64,000 nucleotides of DNA, taken from IMG/VR virus record IMGVR_UViG_3300009514_000017, positions 11,791 through 75,790 of that record. The stretch is one strand, 5' to 3'. The DNA is from a virus. Each line of letters opens with the position of its first letter. The stretch's first letter is position 1. The position numbers were made by a program, and so were the translations under genes. Shown one piece after another: positions 39,270 through 47,966 of this stretch. The notes beneath the pieces were generated by a model that was not told where the DNA came from, did not search any database, and worked only from the letters and a program-made list of their open reading frames with translations.

Positions 39270-39689
39270 TCAACCTCTCGTTCCCACCCTCGGTGGTAGG
39301 GTGAGACCAGCGTTAACCGCAGATCTCATCTTCTTATCCTCGAAATACTGGATGAGATTGACGGCCAACTTCATCTGGTTCTCAGAGCTGAGACTAGTCG
39401 CCCACTGCGCAGCGACCGGAGCTATCTGTACAACCTCGTCATCTATGAATGCCAGGCTCATAGTGACAGCAGTCTCTATCATGCCCTCCGGACGCATCTG
39501 CCTAAGTATTGAGAACCTGATGGGGTTCTTCAGATCGATGGCCTGACCAGCGAGTGAAGCCGAACGCTCCACTTGCATAACCTCTCCTATCAAGAAATCA
39601 CTCCCATTGAAGTACGCGATTATAACTCGGCTGAAGTTGCAACCGTAGTCGCAGCTGAGAGTTTCAATTAGCTCTTTAACCCTCCTCAT
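39270..39689 (-). CDS. Hypothetical protein (Sm-like beta pattern possible; start uncertain)
   Basis: GSDFLIGEV..IDLKNP pattern; fills the gap between helicase and UDG. Confidence 0.5.
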   Translation of the reverse strand: MRRVKELIETLSCDYGCNFSRVIIAYFNGSDFLIGEVMQVERSASLAGQAIDLKNPIRFSILRQMRPEGMIETAVTMSLAFIDDEVVQIAPVAAQWATSLSSENQMKLAVNLIQYFEDKKMRSAVNAGLTLPPRVGTRG

Positions 39690-41145
39690 CTCTGAGATCT
39701 TGTTCTGATAGTCTTCTGAGCTCATCGTCATACAATCCTTGTAGTTCTGGGGGTAGTGTTTGAGGTTGTATAGAAGGATTCACTTGGTTGAATGTGTACC
39801 CCCAATGCTTCAGATCTCTTCTGACTGACTGACACATACGTTTCAAGGTAGGCATGGTCCAGTCTTCGAAGATTACGAAGATGGGGTTGGGTTTGCCAGG
39901 CAGGAATCTCTGTATCCTGCCCATTGACTGCTGAAGAGACGTCTTGGCTTTGAATGGTGTCAACCAGAACAACAGATCTAGCTCGTCATCATCTACGCCT
40001 TGAGATCCTAGTCTCGAGATGGCAAAGCACACTCGACTGTTCCGAAGCACGTCTGTTCTCTCATGCTTCGGAGTTTCCTGAATGATGATCCCAGACTCCG
40101 GGAATATGGCGTGCATCAATTTCAACTGCGCTTTGGAGTGAGATAGGCAGAGAACCTTCCTGCCCTGATCCAACGCTGTCTTGATGTGCCAATAGCGGTA
40201 GATGTTGCTGGTTAAGTCCACCCCTAGTGCGCTTCGGACGAGTGAGATGTTTCTCGTTGCTCCGATCAGACCGACGTTCGGATCCAACATGACTGGGGTG
40301 CGCTGGAAGAAGATGTCTGGAATTAGATCTTGAGTCAGGTCCGTGTAGAACGGGAGACCGATGTTGCTGGTATAGATTGGATCTAGTCCATCTTCTCTCT
40401 TGACTGTTGCTGTTAGCCCAATTCGGTTTCCAAAGAACGGTGGTGCGGTCAGGCTGAACTTCGGAGCACCAATCTGGTGAACTTCATCGTAGACGATCAG
40501 TCCGTAGTAGCGGAACATCTCTTCTGGAACTTCCCCCTTTTCTATCTTCTGCCAGAGCGTGGTGACCAAAGCTATGACTAAGGGTTTTTGCCACTCGAAC
40601 TTCTTCCCACTGATGATCCCGACACGACCCTTGAAGTTCAACCCTGGATCTTGCTCTCTCCCCTCGGTGTCGTCACCATAGATCGCACGCTCCCATTGGT
40701 CCATGATCCCCCCATCAGGAACAACGACTAGGGTTGGGGCTCCAACCTGTGCTATTTTCTTCAGTGCTAACTTAGTTTTGCCTTTCCCACAAGCCAGATT
40801 GAAGATGCCGTTGTCGTGAGTAGCTAGTGCCTGCCACGCCTTCTCCTGATCTTCGTTTCGAGGGATAACAAGATCTTGGAACTCGACTTTTTGGAATGTA
40901 GGACGTAGATCTACAAACTCGAAATCGTATTTGGGGTAGTCAGCAACTGATACGAATTCTCTAGGAGTGATAATGTGGTGCTCGGATTCCTCCCAGAGAT
41001 GTATTACTATCTGTCCATCAGGAGTTGGGACCGAGAACTCGAGCGCAGACTTCACCCAGTGAGGTCTGATGTGCCTCTTTGGTAGCCACAATCTATTGGA
41101 GATGTAGGCTTTATCAGGGTCCTTGCGGTAGAACTCCAGATTCAT
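39676..41145 (-). CDS. Superfamily 2 DNA helicase (UvsW/XPB-like)
   Basis: Q motif (PRNEDQ), LACGKGKT, LVVVP, DEVH, GLTAT, QSMGRIQR. Confidence 0.9.
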   Translation of the reverse strand: MNLEFYRKDPDKAYISNRLWLPKRHIRPHWVKSALEFSVPTPDGQIVIHLWEESEHHIITPREFVSVADYPKYDFEFVDLRPTFQKVEFQDLVIPRNEDQEKAWQALATHDNGIFNLACGKGKTKLALKKIAQVGAPTLVVVPDGGIMDQWERAIYGDDTEGREQDPGLNFKGRVGIISGKKFEWQKPLVIALVTTLWQKIEKGEVPEEMFRYYGLIVYDEVHQIGAPKFSLTAPPFFGNRIGLTATVKREDGLDPIYTSNIGLPFYTDLTQDLIPDIFFQRTPVMLDPNVGLIGATRNISLVRSALGVDLTSNIYRYWHIKTALDQGRKVLCLSHSKAQLKLMHAIFPESGIIIQETPKHERTDVLRNSRVCFAISRLGSQGVDDDELDLLFWLTPFKAKTSLQQSMGRIQRFLPGKPNPIFVIFEDWTMPTLKRMCQSVRRDLKHWGYTFNQVNPSIQPQTLPPELQGLYDDELRRLSEQDLRDEEG

Positions 41146-41180
41146 TGAACCTCCAACACTCCCCCCCGGAGTGTCGGACT

Positions 41181-41744
41181 CTACTTCTTGGGGATGACAA
41201 CTGCTGGAAACAGGGTCGCCTGCCTGAATGCTAGCAGGGCTTGTTCACAGATGGCTTCTCCAACTCTCAGGGCGATGTTCTTAGAAACCCTAGCCATGAA
41301 CGTCTCACCCTGAAACTGCGGCCGGAAGGGTGGAGGAACAGAATAGATGGCATGAAACATCGGATCTTGTACCGACCCGTAAATCCCGATGCCTCCACCG
41401 TATGGAGGCTGGACTCCGGGCATCGCACCGAAGTTCTGAGTTGGAACCGGCTGTAGGCGGTTCGGAATCTGGACCGGGACCATCTGGCCATACTGCTGCT
41501 GTGGCGCTACAGGAGGCGCTCTGTATGGTGCAGGTGGAGCGTACAGAGGTAGCCTCCGTTGCTGAGGAGGCTGTGGAGCTATGGGAGATGGTGCGGGTCG
41601 AAATGCCTGTGATTGGTACATGGATTCCTGTACCTTCGCGCGGCATTCCGAGTTTACGTCACAACTCTCACACACTCGGGAATCATTCTCGTATGATCCC
41701 CAACACTGTGGTCTTTCAGCGGTTTGGTACTTCCAGTTCGGCAT
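41181..41744 (-). CDS. First gene of the replication operon: Cys4 domain + P/Q/Y-rich region
   Basis: CWG..CESCDVNSEC. ATG at 41744 with AAAGGAG upstream. Confidence 0.6.
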   Translation of the reverse strand: MPNWKYQTAERPQCWGSYENDSRVCESCDVNSECRAKVQESMYQSQAFRPAPSPIAPQPPQQRRLPLYAPPAPYRAPPVAPQQQYGQMVPVQIPNRLQPVPTQNFGAMPGVQPPYGGGIGIYGSVQDPMFHAIYSVPPPFRPQFQGETFMARVSKNIALRVGEAICEQALLAFRQATLFPAVVIPKK

Positions 41745-41772
41745 GACTCTCCTTTCGGTTGCTAATCTGCCC

Positions 41773-41786
41773 ACTCCTTATACCCT
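41773..41786 (-). promoter_or_regulatory. Candidate phage-specific promoter AGGGTATAAG
   Basis: About 30 nt upstream of the first gene of the minus operon. Near-identical AGGGCATAAG at 47834-47843. No sigma70 -35 element. Confidence 0.45.
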
Positions 41787-41826
41787 CGAACTGAGCAGTC
41801 TTGTTCGTCGGTTTTCCCATGTAGCG

Positions 41827-41859
41827 TCGTTGACTGTAGACTATCCAGCTGCCTACACT
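41827..41859 (+). promoter_or_regulatory. sigma70-like promoter TCGTTGACT-N18-TACACT
   Basis: TTGACT at 41830-35 and TACACT at 41854-59; start of a + strand unit. Confidence 0.65.
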
Positions 41860-41871
41860 CGGACCTGATGG

Positions 41872-43005
41872 ATGGCTCATGTCCTGGAGATCAAGATGAA
41901 AACTGCCGGTGTTGTGTTCGACTTCTACGATGACCCTTCCGGAGAGATTCTGAAGACGGCTTTCCCTACTCAGGAAGCACTACCAGGTTTGATCAAGACG
42001 GCGCATATCCTCAACGATATGGAGAGGAAGGTTCTTAGAGACGAAGCTTACGCGCTCGTGTTTGAAAACGATGGAGTTACTCTTCGCAAGTTTGCCTGTA
42101 TAGACCCAGGAAACACCCTGATGTCAGCTGTCTATTTTGAGAAGACGGCTTACAAGCTTCCAGAGGAGCTTAGAGAAGAGGCTCGGACCAAGATAGCTTC
42201 GAGGCTGAAGGAGTTCTTTCCGCCAGATCCACTGGACAAGCTGGCAGTTCATCTTGGGATGTCAAAGAAGCGCGACCCAAGGAAGATGAAGGACGACAAC
42301 TCTGGCCAGAAAGATTGGGAGGATAGGACAAATATGGTTCAGGGGTTCGTTGAGGGAGATGATTCTCCTGGTGCAGCTCAGACCAAGACTTCTATGCCGG
42401 TAGCATACGATGAGGTTAAGGCAGCGGTTCAGTATTTCAATGATCTGTGGCCAGAGATGTCACCGCTACAGAGGCATGAGTTCGCAGAGAAGACTGCATC
42501 TCGAGCTGATGAGCTAGGCATCGAGGTTTCTGACAGGATGCGTAGGTATGGGTCTACATCTTACGCAGAAGATGTAGACGATCACCTGACGTCCCGCGCA
42601 GCCCATGCTCCTGTATACAAGGAGGTGTATGCCTCCTTGAAGGAGAAGAGGGCCAGTCTGGAGCCAGAGGAGTTTGCAGTTCTGCTTCAGACGGCTGACG
42701 ACTCCGCAGACCTAGTTCGGTTCTACGGCGGTGTTATTCAAGACCCGTACTTCTCGACCTTTGGATACGTTGACAAGCTGGCATCTTGGTCATGGACTGG
42801 CCCGACCGGGGACCATGTGAACTCCGAACAGTTGGATCGTCTGGCGCGCAATGCCAGGCCGCTGCTGAAGAAGCACTTCAGTGACGAAATGGTAGATGAG
42901 TTTTGTAAGAGCCCGGTCGAGATCTTCGAGTCTCTTCCAGATGACATGAAGATCATCTTGTCCAGGTTGGGGAGTGACGAGTTCACCAACTTCGGTGAGA
43001 ACTGA
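41872..43005 (+). CDS. Putative head/scaffold-associated protein rich in K-x-A sites
   Basis: 377 aa containing KTAG, KTAF, KTAH, KTAY, KIAS, KLAV, KTAS, KRAS and KLAS. Upstream of the portal-like gene. Confidence 0.5.
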   Translation: MAHVLEIKMKTAGVVFDFYDDPSGEILKTAFPTQEALPGLIKTAHILNDMERKVLRDEAYALVFENDGVTLRKFACIDPGNTLMSAVYFEKTAYKLPEELREEARTKIASRLKEFFPPDPLDKLAVHLGMSKKRDPRKMKDDNSGQKDWEDRTNMVQGFVEGDDSPGAAQTKTSMPVAYDEVKAAVQYFNDLWPEMSPLQRHEFAEKTASRADELGIEVSDRMRRYGSTSYAEDVDDHLTSRAAHAPVYKEVYASLKEKRASLEPEEFAVLLQTADDSADLVRFYGGVIQDPYFSTFGYVDKLASWSWTGPTGDHVNSEQLDRLARNARPLLKKHFSDEMVDEFCKSPVEIFESLPDDMKIILSRLGSDEFTNFGEN

Positions 43006-43006
43006 T

Positions 43007-43240
43007 ATGGAGACTGTATCTCTCCACTCTTTTGCAGATGAGCTTCAGCAGATCTTGGAGAAGGATGCGGGACTCAAGGATTTTTTCATCCGAAAGGTTG
43101 CACCTGAGTCCAGCAAGAGGTTAGCTAGAACAAAAGTCGTATCAAACATCACTGGAGCTTTTCCTAGATCAGTCAAGCCGGTTAAACCGATAGACATGGG
43201 TGATACGTGGTTGGCAAAAGCTGGACTTCGACCTGCGTAG
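43007..43240 (+). CDS. Small basic protein with N-terminal SFADELQQILEKDA tag
   Basis: ATG at 43007 directly after the upstream TGA; carries the recurring motif. Confidence 0.6.
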   Translation: METVSLHSFADELQQILEKDAGLKDFFIRKVAPESSKRLARTKVVSNITGAFPRSVKPVKPIDMGDTWLAKAGLRPA

Positions 43241-43247
43241 GTAGTCT

Positions 43248-44180
43248 ATGAACCAGCCAGAGATCGAATTCTACAAGCGCTTGACTGAATTCGTTCCGAC
43301 TGCTCCTACTGAAGGCAGTCCTGTAGAGGAACGTTTCAAGGCTGTTCCAGATTACAAGATCCCAGTTAGCCCTAAGAACCTCTTCACTCATCAGGAAATC
43401 CACCCCATCGTTCTAGACCTATCTCTACTAAAGGCTTTCGGTGAGGAGTGGTACTACTGGGAAGTTCCGACTCTGTGGAAGTCCATCCACGACGAGTTCA
43501 AGTCCAAGGTGTCGGAGTCGAACAGAGCCAAGATCAACGCTGTAAGAACTGCAAGAATCACCACCCTACCGTGGGATAGCTGGCACGTTTTCGAGAATGT
43601 GGTACTAGCACTAGATGGATTTGTTCCACGGTGGGACATCCTACAGAAAGTAGATCTTGAGTCACTGTTCGTAGGAGTGGACATCCTGGAGCAGATCAGA
43701 CCTGAGGACTATTCGGAAGATGTCCGCAACTACATAGCTGCTGTCTTCTTGGATGATGATGTCTTCTTCACCCCTCCACCACTAGAGTTTTCACAGGCAG
43801 AAGTCTCGCAGCCCTATTACCTTTGCAAGGATTGTGGAAATGAGGAGTGGGCGCTACATCACGATGGCATCTGCTCCGTGTGCTCTGGTAGATACGATCC
43901 AGAGAACGGTTTGTCGATGCGGCCTTCCCAAGAAGCCATAGACAAGAAGCTCGGGCAGAACACCGTGTTACGATACAAGTTCGACCCTGGGCCTGAGCAG
44001 AGAGTCTGGGATCTAGTGGCCAGGTCCAAGAATGAGCAGTCGATTTTGAAGGTGGCTGGTCCAGCAGAGATAGGTGTGTCAAAGCTGCTGGATGCTAGAG
44101 ACCTCATGAACATCAGGCGCAGACAGCTCAAGAACCAGCTGACCGCTCTCAAGTCTTGGCTGAACTCGAGGTCTTCATGA
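43248..44180 (+). CDS. Hypothetical protein with CxxC..CxxC insert
   Basis: 310 aa; CKDC..CSVC. Confidence 0.6.
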   Translation: MNQPEIEFYKRLTEFVPTAPTEGSPVEERFKAVPDYKIPVSPKNLFTHQEIHPIVLDLSLLKAFGEEWYYWEVPTLWKSIHDEFKSKVSESNRAKINAVRTARITTLPWDSWHVFENVVLALDGFVPRWDILQKVDLESLFVGVDILEQIRPEDYSEDVRNYIAAVFLDDDVFFTPPPLEFSQAEVSQPYYLCKDCGNEEWALHHDGICSVCSGRYDPENGLSMRPSQEAIDKKLGQNTVLRYKFDPGPEQRVWDLVARSKNEQSILKVAGPAEIGVSKLLDARDLMNIRRRQLKNQLTALKSWLNSRSS

Positions 44181-44713
44181 TTGATTATTCAGCCTTCACT
44201 GATGAGCTGGAGAAGATTGGTGGAGTAGGAACCTTTCTTCAGAAACAGATCAAAAACGTTGGCAACACGATTAATGACTTTGCTAATCCCATAAAATCCA
44301 TGAAGGCTGGATGGGAGTCTGGTGCTGCCGGTAGATCGTTTGGTGGATGGGGCGGTAAGCTACTGACAGACAAAAATAAGCCGTCGTTCTGGCGTCATCT
44401 ACCTGTAGGACCCAAGGCTCAGATAACAGGCTTTACTGCACTTGAAGCTCCAGGCGCCCTCGCCAAAGAAGACCCTAGTGGCGAGGGGCGATCTCGTCTG
44501 CGTCGTGTATCTGGAACCCTTGGTGGGACCGGAGGTTTTTTGGTCGGTGGTAGACATGGACTCCTTGGCTCTCTGGTTGGTGGAGCCATTGGCCAGAAGA
44601 TGTTGAGTGGGTCTGTAGGATTAGGGGAGAGCACTGTAGAAGCTGTCAAGCAACTCAAACGTCAGAGAAAGTTTAATGCATTGAATACAACGCAGACCCC
44701 CGTGGGGCCGTAA
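44177..44713 (+). CDS. Gly-rich (glycine-zipper) protein with N-terminal AFTDELEKIG tag
   Basis: ATGA overlap at 44177; GTLGGTGGFLVGG..GLLGSLVGGAIG. Confidence 0.65.
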   Translation: MIDYSAFTDELEKIGGVGTFLQKQIKNVGNTINDFANPIKSMKAGWESGAAGRSFGGWGGKLLTDKNKPSFWRHLPVGPKAQITGFTALEAPGALAKEDPSGEGRSRLRRVSGTLGGTGGFLVGGRHGLLGSLVGGAIGQKMLSGSVGLGESTVEAVKQLKRQRKFNALNTTQTPVGP

Positions 44714-46719
44714 TGTCGTCAGATCTAGACTTCTACAACTCCCTGTCTGGCGTATCCAGATTCTCTGGTGTTCGTGGTCGGCTCTCGCAAGGTGGGTCGT
44801 TTCCAGCTCGCTATCCATCCCCATTCTTCGATCTCGGTCATACTTGGCTACCACACTCGATTGGCAAGCTGCATCAGTGGTGCCGCTACTATTACCTAGT
44901 CAATCCACTGATCAATGCCGTCATTCACAAGATGGCGGAATATCCAATCACTGAGATTGTCGTCAACGAGGTAAACAAGACCACCAAGGAAAAGTGGGAG
45001 CACATTCTAGGACAGCATCTTCGTATTCGTGCGTTCCAGGTAGAAGCTGGCCTCGACTACTTCACTTACGGGATCTGCATTATCACGATGCACTTCCCAT
45101 TCGAGAAGTATCTCGCTTGCACGAACTGCAAGTTCGAGGACAAGGCCAGCAACCTCAAGTACAAGTGGCGCAACCTGAACTACATCCTTCGTTGTCCCAA
45201 GTGTGACCACGAGGGGCCAACCAAGGTTCGAGACCAGTACCTGAAGGACTTCCGTCGAATCAGGTTGATGAGATGGAATCCAGAGTACGTCTACATAGAG
45301 CAGGGGTTTGCTGGCGCGGAGCCCATCTACACTTTTATGGTTCCGAAGGGTCTCAAAAACGAGATCATGATGGGCAAGACCCGCGTTCTCAACACGGTTC
45401 CAGATATCTACATTGAAGCGTTGAAGCGCAACAGGAATATAGCGTTCGCTCCAGAGAACATGTTCGTGATGAAGCGGCCAATCATCTCTCAGAGAGAGAC
45501 GGGTTGGGGTATGCCTCTCATCCTTCCTGTTCTGAAGGACGCTTTCTACCTTCAGATCTTGCGCAAGTCTCAGGAAGCTATAGCTTCTGAGCATATCGTT
45601 CCACTTCGTGTTCTGTTCCCTCAGGCAGGAAGCGGAACGAGCGATCCATATACCTCAATCCCAATTGAGTCTTGGAGGTCCCGTATAGAGCGTGAGATCA
45701 CCAAGTGGAAGTACGACCCAAACTACATTCCTGTTCTTCCTCTACCTATTGGGTCTCAGTCCATTGGTGGAGATCAGAAAGCTTTGAATCTGCACCAGGA
45801 GATCAGCCTCTGGTCTGAGCAGATCGTTGCAGGAATGGGAGTGCCGAGAGAGTTCGTGTTCGGCGGCCTTACATTCTCTGGCTCCAACGTGTCGATGAGG
45901 ATGTTGGAGAACGCTTTCATCAACTACCGTATCGACCAAGACAACCTCTTGAATGAGTTCATCATCAGGAGAGTTGCAGACTACATGGGTTGGCCATCGG
46001 TGCGCGTATCTATGCGCAAGTTCAAGATGGCAGACGATCTACAGAGGATGAGCTTCCAGTTCCAGCTCAACCAGGCAATGAAGATCTCAGACGAGTCTCT
46101 GTTGAAGGAATGCGACCACGATCCAGTAGTTGAGAAGGAGCGCAAGGAGCGTGAGGTTGGAGCTCAACTCGAGTACCAGCGCAAGATGCAGCTATCACAG
46201 GCTGAGACTCAGGGTCAGATGTTGCTTGTTCAGTCTCGCTATCAGGCTGCTGCCCAAAGCATGTTGGCTCCGGCTATGCCTGTGCAGCCTGGAGCTCAAC
46301 AGGGTGCAGCACAGCTCGGTGGCCAGCAGGGTGAGATGGTTTCAGGAGACCAACTTGGAATTCCTGGAGTTCCTGGTGACGTTTCTGTCTCTCCAGAGAA
46401 TGCTCAACAGCAGCCAGTTGAAGGAGTTCCGACTGAAGCTCAGAGTCCTCTCAGCATGAACACACAGGGTGCTGGGATAGACATTAGGTACGTTGCTAAG
46501 AGGGTACTGGCTCAAATCCAGAAGCTGTATGCCCAAGATCCACAGCAGGCGAACATGAAGCTTGAGGAGATCAGGGCATCCAATCCACAGCTATATAGTC
46601 TTCTCATCCAGATGGCTAACAGTAGGGTTGGCTCTCAAACCGATCCACTAAATCCGGTTCAGTCTCCGCAGCCACAGGTGAAGCCACCTCGTAGCCCCAA
46701 GTCTCCAGCGGCTGCGTGA
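44713..46719 (+). CDS. Portal protein (putative) with Zn-ribbon insertion
   Basis: CRYYYLVNPLINAVIHKMAEYP, GWGMPLILP, IVAGMGVPREFVFGG..SGSNVS and a Q/P-rich tail give a portal-like layout. CTNC..CPKC insert. Confidence 0.7.
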   Translation: MSSDLDFYNSLSGVSRFSGVRGRLSQGGSFPARYPSPFFDLGHTWLPHSIGKLHQWCRYYYLVNPLINAVIHKMAEYPITEIVVNEVNKTTKEKWEHILGQHLRIRAFQVEAGLDYFTYGICIITMHFPFEKYLACTNCKFEDKASNLKYKWRNLNYILRCPKCDHEGPTKVRDQYLKDFRRIRLMRWNPEYVYIEQGFAGAEPIYTFMVPKGLKNEIMMGKTRVLNTVPDIYIEALKRNRNIAFAPENMFVMKRPIISQRETGWGMPLILPVLKDAFYLQILRKSQEAIASEHIVPLRVLFPQAGSGTSDPYTSIPIESWRSRIEREITKWKYDPNYIPVLPLPIGSQSIGGDQKALNLHQEISLWSEQIVAGMGVPREFVFGGLTFSGSNVSMRMLENAFINYRIDQDNLLNEFIIRRVADYMGWPSVRVSMRKFKMADDLQRMSFQFQLNQAMKISDESLLKECDHDPVVEKERKEREVGAQLEYQRKMQLSQAETQGQMLLVQSRYQAAAQSMLAPAMPVQPGAQQGAAQLGGQQGEMVSGDQLGIPGVPGDVSVSPENAQQQPVEGVPTEAQSPLSMNTQGAGIDIRYVAKRVLAQIQKLYAQDPQQANMKLEEIRASNPQLYSLLIQMANSRVGSQTDPLNPVQSPQPQVKPPRSPKSPAAA

Positions 46720-46721
46720 GG

Positions 46722-46952
46722 TCATCTGCCATCTTCAGGAAACCAATCCTGAAATTGGTTTACTATTTCCCAAGTCTCTCTCAAAGTCTCACTAGCTCGG
46801 GAGAATGCTTGTTGTACTTCTTCCGGCGCCTTCTGAAACGACATCTTCATCCACAGATCGTATTGAGTCATCCATAGCGCTCGGATGTCTTCGCAATGGC
46901 TTTCTATGTCGTCGCGATAAACTGGTTCTAGATACGGGTTTATACGCGCCAT
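46722..46952 (-). CDS. Hypothetical protein
   Basis: 76-aa ORF, TGATG-coupled to the upstream gene. Confidence 0.5.
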   Translation of the reverse strand: MARINPYLEPVYRDDIESHCEDIRALWMTQYDLWMKMSFQKAPEEVQQAFSRASETLRETWEIVNQFQDWFPEDGR

Positions 46953-47401
46953 CAGCCATCATCTCCCAACAGTTTCTCTGAGCAGTCGTAGCACACGGAG
47001 TCAATCTCACATCCACATGCCTGACACACTCCGTTGGTCATCTCTTCTAGCTCAGTCATGAATCCATCGTCGACGTTACTGATGATAAACTCACACACGC
47101 ATTCCGGATGTAGGTTGACTCTACCCTCGGTTTCATTTGCGTAGTCGACGATAAGATCCCCAGTCTTCTTGTTTCTGAATACTGCACCATGAAACAACTC
47201 GACTGCTTCCTCACCTAATTCAATCTCATTGCTACACCACTGACACTTCATCATCGCCGCTTGTGGAGGTGGTGTAGGTTGGATCTGCTGCTGGTATGAT
47301 TGTTGGTAACTCGGCTGATACGACTGCTGTGGCGGCTGCGGCTGTTGGCTTCCGTACTGTAGGAAGTTAGGGTCGAAGGTAGGCCATTGAGATTTGCTCA
47401 T
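46952..47401 (-). CDS. Q/P-rich N-terminus + Cys/His metal-binding domains
   Basis: CQWC..HPEC..CQAC..CYDC. ATG at 47401 overlaps the upstream TGA. Confidence 0.6.
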   Translation of the reverse strand: MSKSQWPTFDPNFLQYGSQQPQPPQQSYQPSYQQSYQQQIQPTPPPQAAMMKCQWCSNEIELGEEAVELFHGAVFRNKKTGDLIVDYANETEGRVNLHPECVCEFIISNVDDGFMTELEEMTNGVCQACGCEIDSVCYDCSEKLLGDDG

Positions 47402-47688
47402 CGGATCACCAATTGTAGAAAGGCACTTTGGCTGCCACACCTAGTGCAGCCATCAAGTCCTGGCGAGTCTGGGTCTGAGTCATCACCGCTGTTAAACATC
47501 CCTGGTAGTTCTCGCAACTCACCTGCTGTTTCTTTCAAGCACCTCAAGCATTCCCATCCAACATGACTCACGTTTTTCAATTCCTCCTGTAGATACATGC
47601 ATTTGGCACAGTCAAACGCTGTACACAATCCCCTATCCTCGTTGTCAAGCATTAGCTGGCAGAACGCTATTCGATTGGCATATGGCAT
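47398..47688 (-). CDS. Cys-rich hypothetical protein
   Basis: CAKC, CLRC, CTRC. Confidence 0.55.
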   Translation of the reverse strand: MPYANRIAFCQLMLDNEDRGLCTAFDCAKCMYLQEELKNVSHVGWECLRCLKETAGELRELPGMFNSGDDSDPDSPGLDGCTRCGSQSAFLQLVIR

Positions 47689-47702
47689 TTGGTTTGCCTG
47701 TC

Positions 47703-47737
47703 AATTAAAGGAAGGACGGGATCTACCCGTCCTTCCT
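47703..47737 (-). terminator. Intrinsic terminator-like hairpin
   Basis: Perfect 12-bp stem AGGAAGGACGGG/CCCGTCCTTCCT (47709-37) followed by TTAATT on the minus strand. Confidence 0.6.
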
Positions 47738-47747
47738 GCGGGACTCC

Positions 47748-47795
47748 CTAGAGACCGAGGGAGTCCCACAGCTCGTCGATGGCGTCATCGAACAT
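47748..47795 (-). CDS. Candidate 15-aa peptide MFDDAIDELWDSLGL
   Basis: ATG at 47795 with AAAGGAGG just upstream; TAG at 47750-47748. Too short for the ORF track. Confidence 0.45.
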   Translation of the reverse strand: MFDDAIDELWDSLGL

Positions 47796-47828
47796 TGACG
47801 CCTCCTTTCGGGGACGTTATGTCCCTCT

Positions 47829-47843
47829 ACTCTCTTATGCCCT
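47829..47843 (-). promoter_or_regulatory. Candidate phage-specific promoter AGGGCATAAG
   Basis: Matches the motif at 41777-41786; heads the second minus-strand unit. Confidence 0.45.
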
Positions 47844-47858
47844 AAAATCGCTGTCTTT

Positions 47859-47891
47859 TCGTTGACCTAATCAGCACCTGACCTGTACTCT
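47859..47891 (+). promoter_or_regulatory. sigma70-like promoter TCGTTGACC-N18-TACTCT upstream of the RNAP gene
   Basis: TTGACC at 47862-67 and TACTCT at 47886-91. Confidence 0.6.
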
Positions 47892-47966
47892 CAGCATCGT
47901 CCAGGCTCGAAAACCCAAGGCGCTGGGTAGAGCCTCTCTTCACCGAGCGCGTCTTAGGTGAGGTAC

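Noticed and set aside
47676-47704. Perfect TTGACA on the minus strand after the terminator hairpin
   Set aside because: There is no convincing -10 at 16-18 bp (best is TATGCC), and it would fall inside the next ORF.
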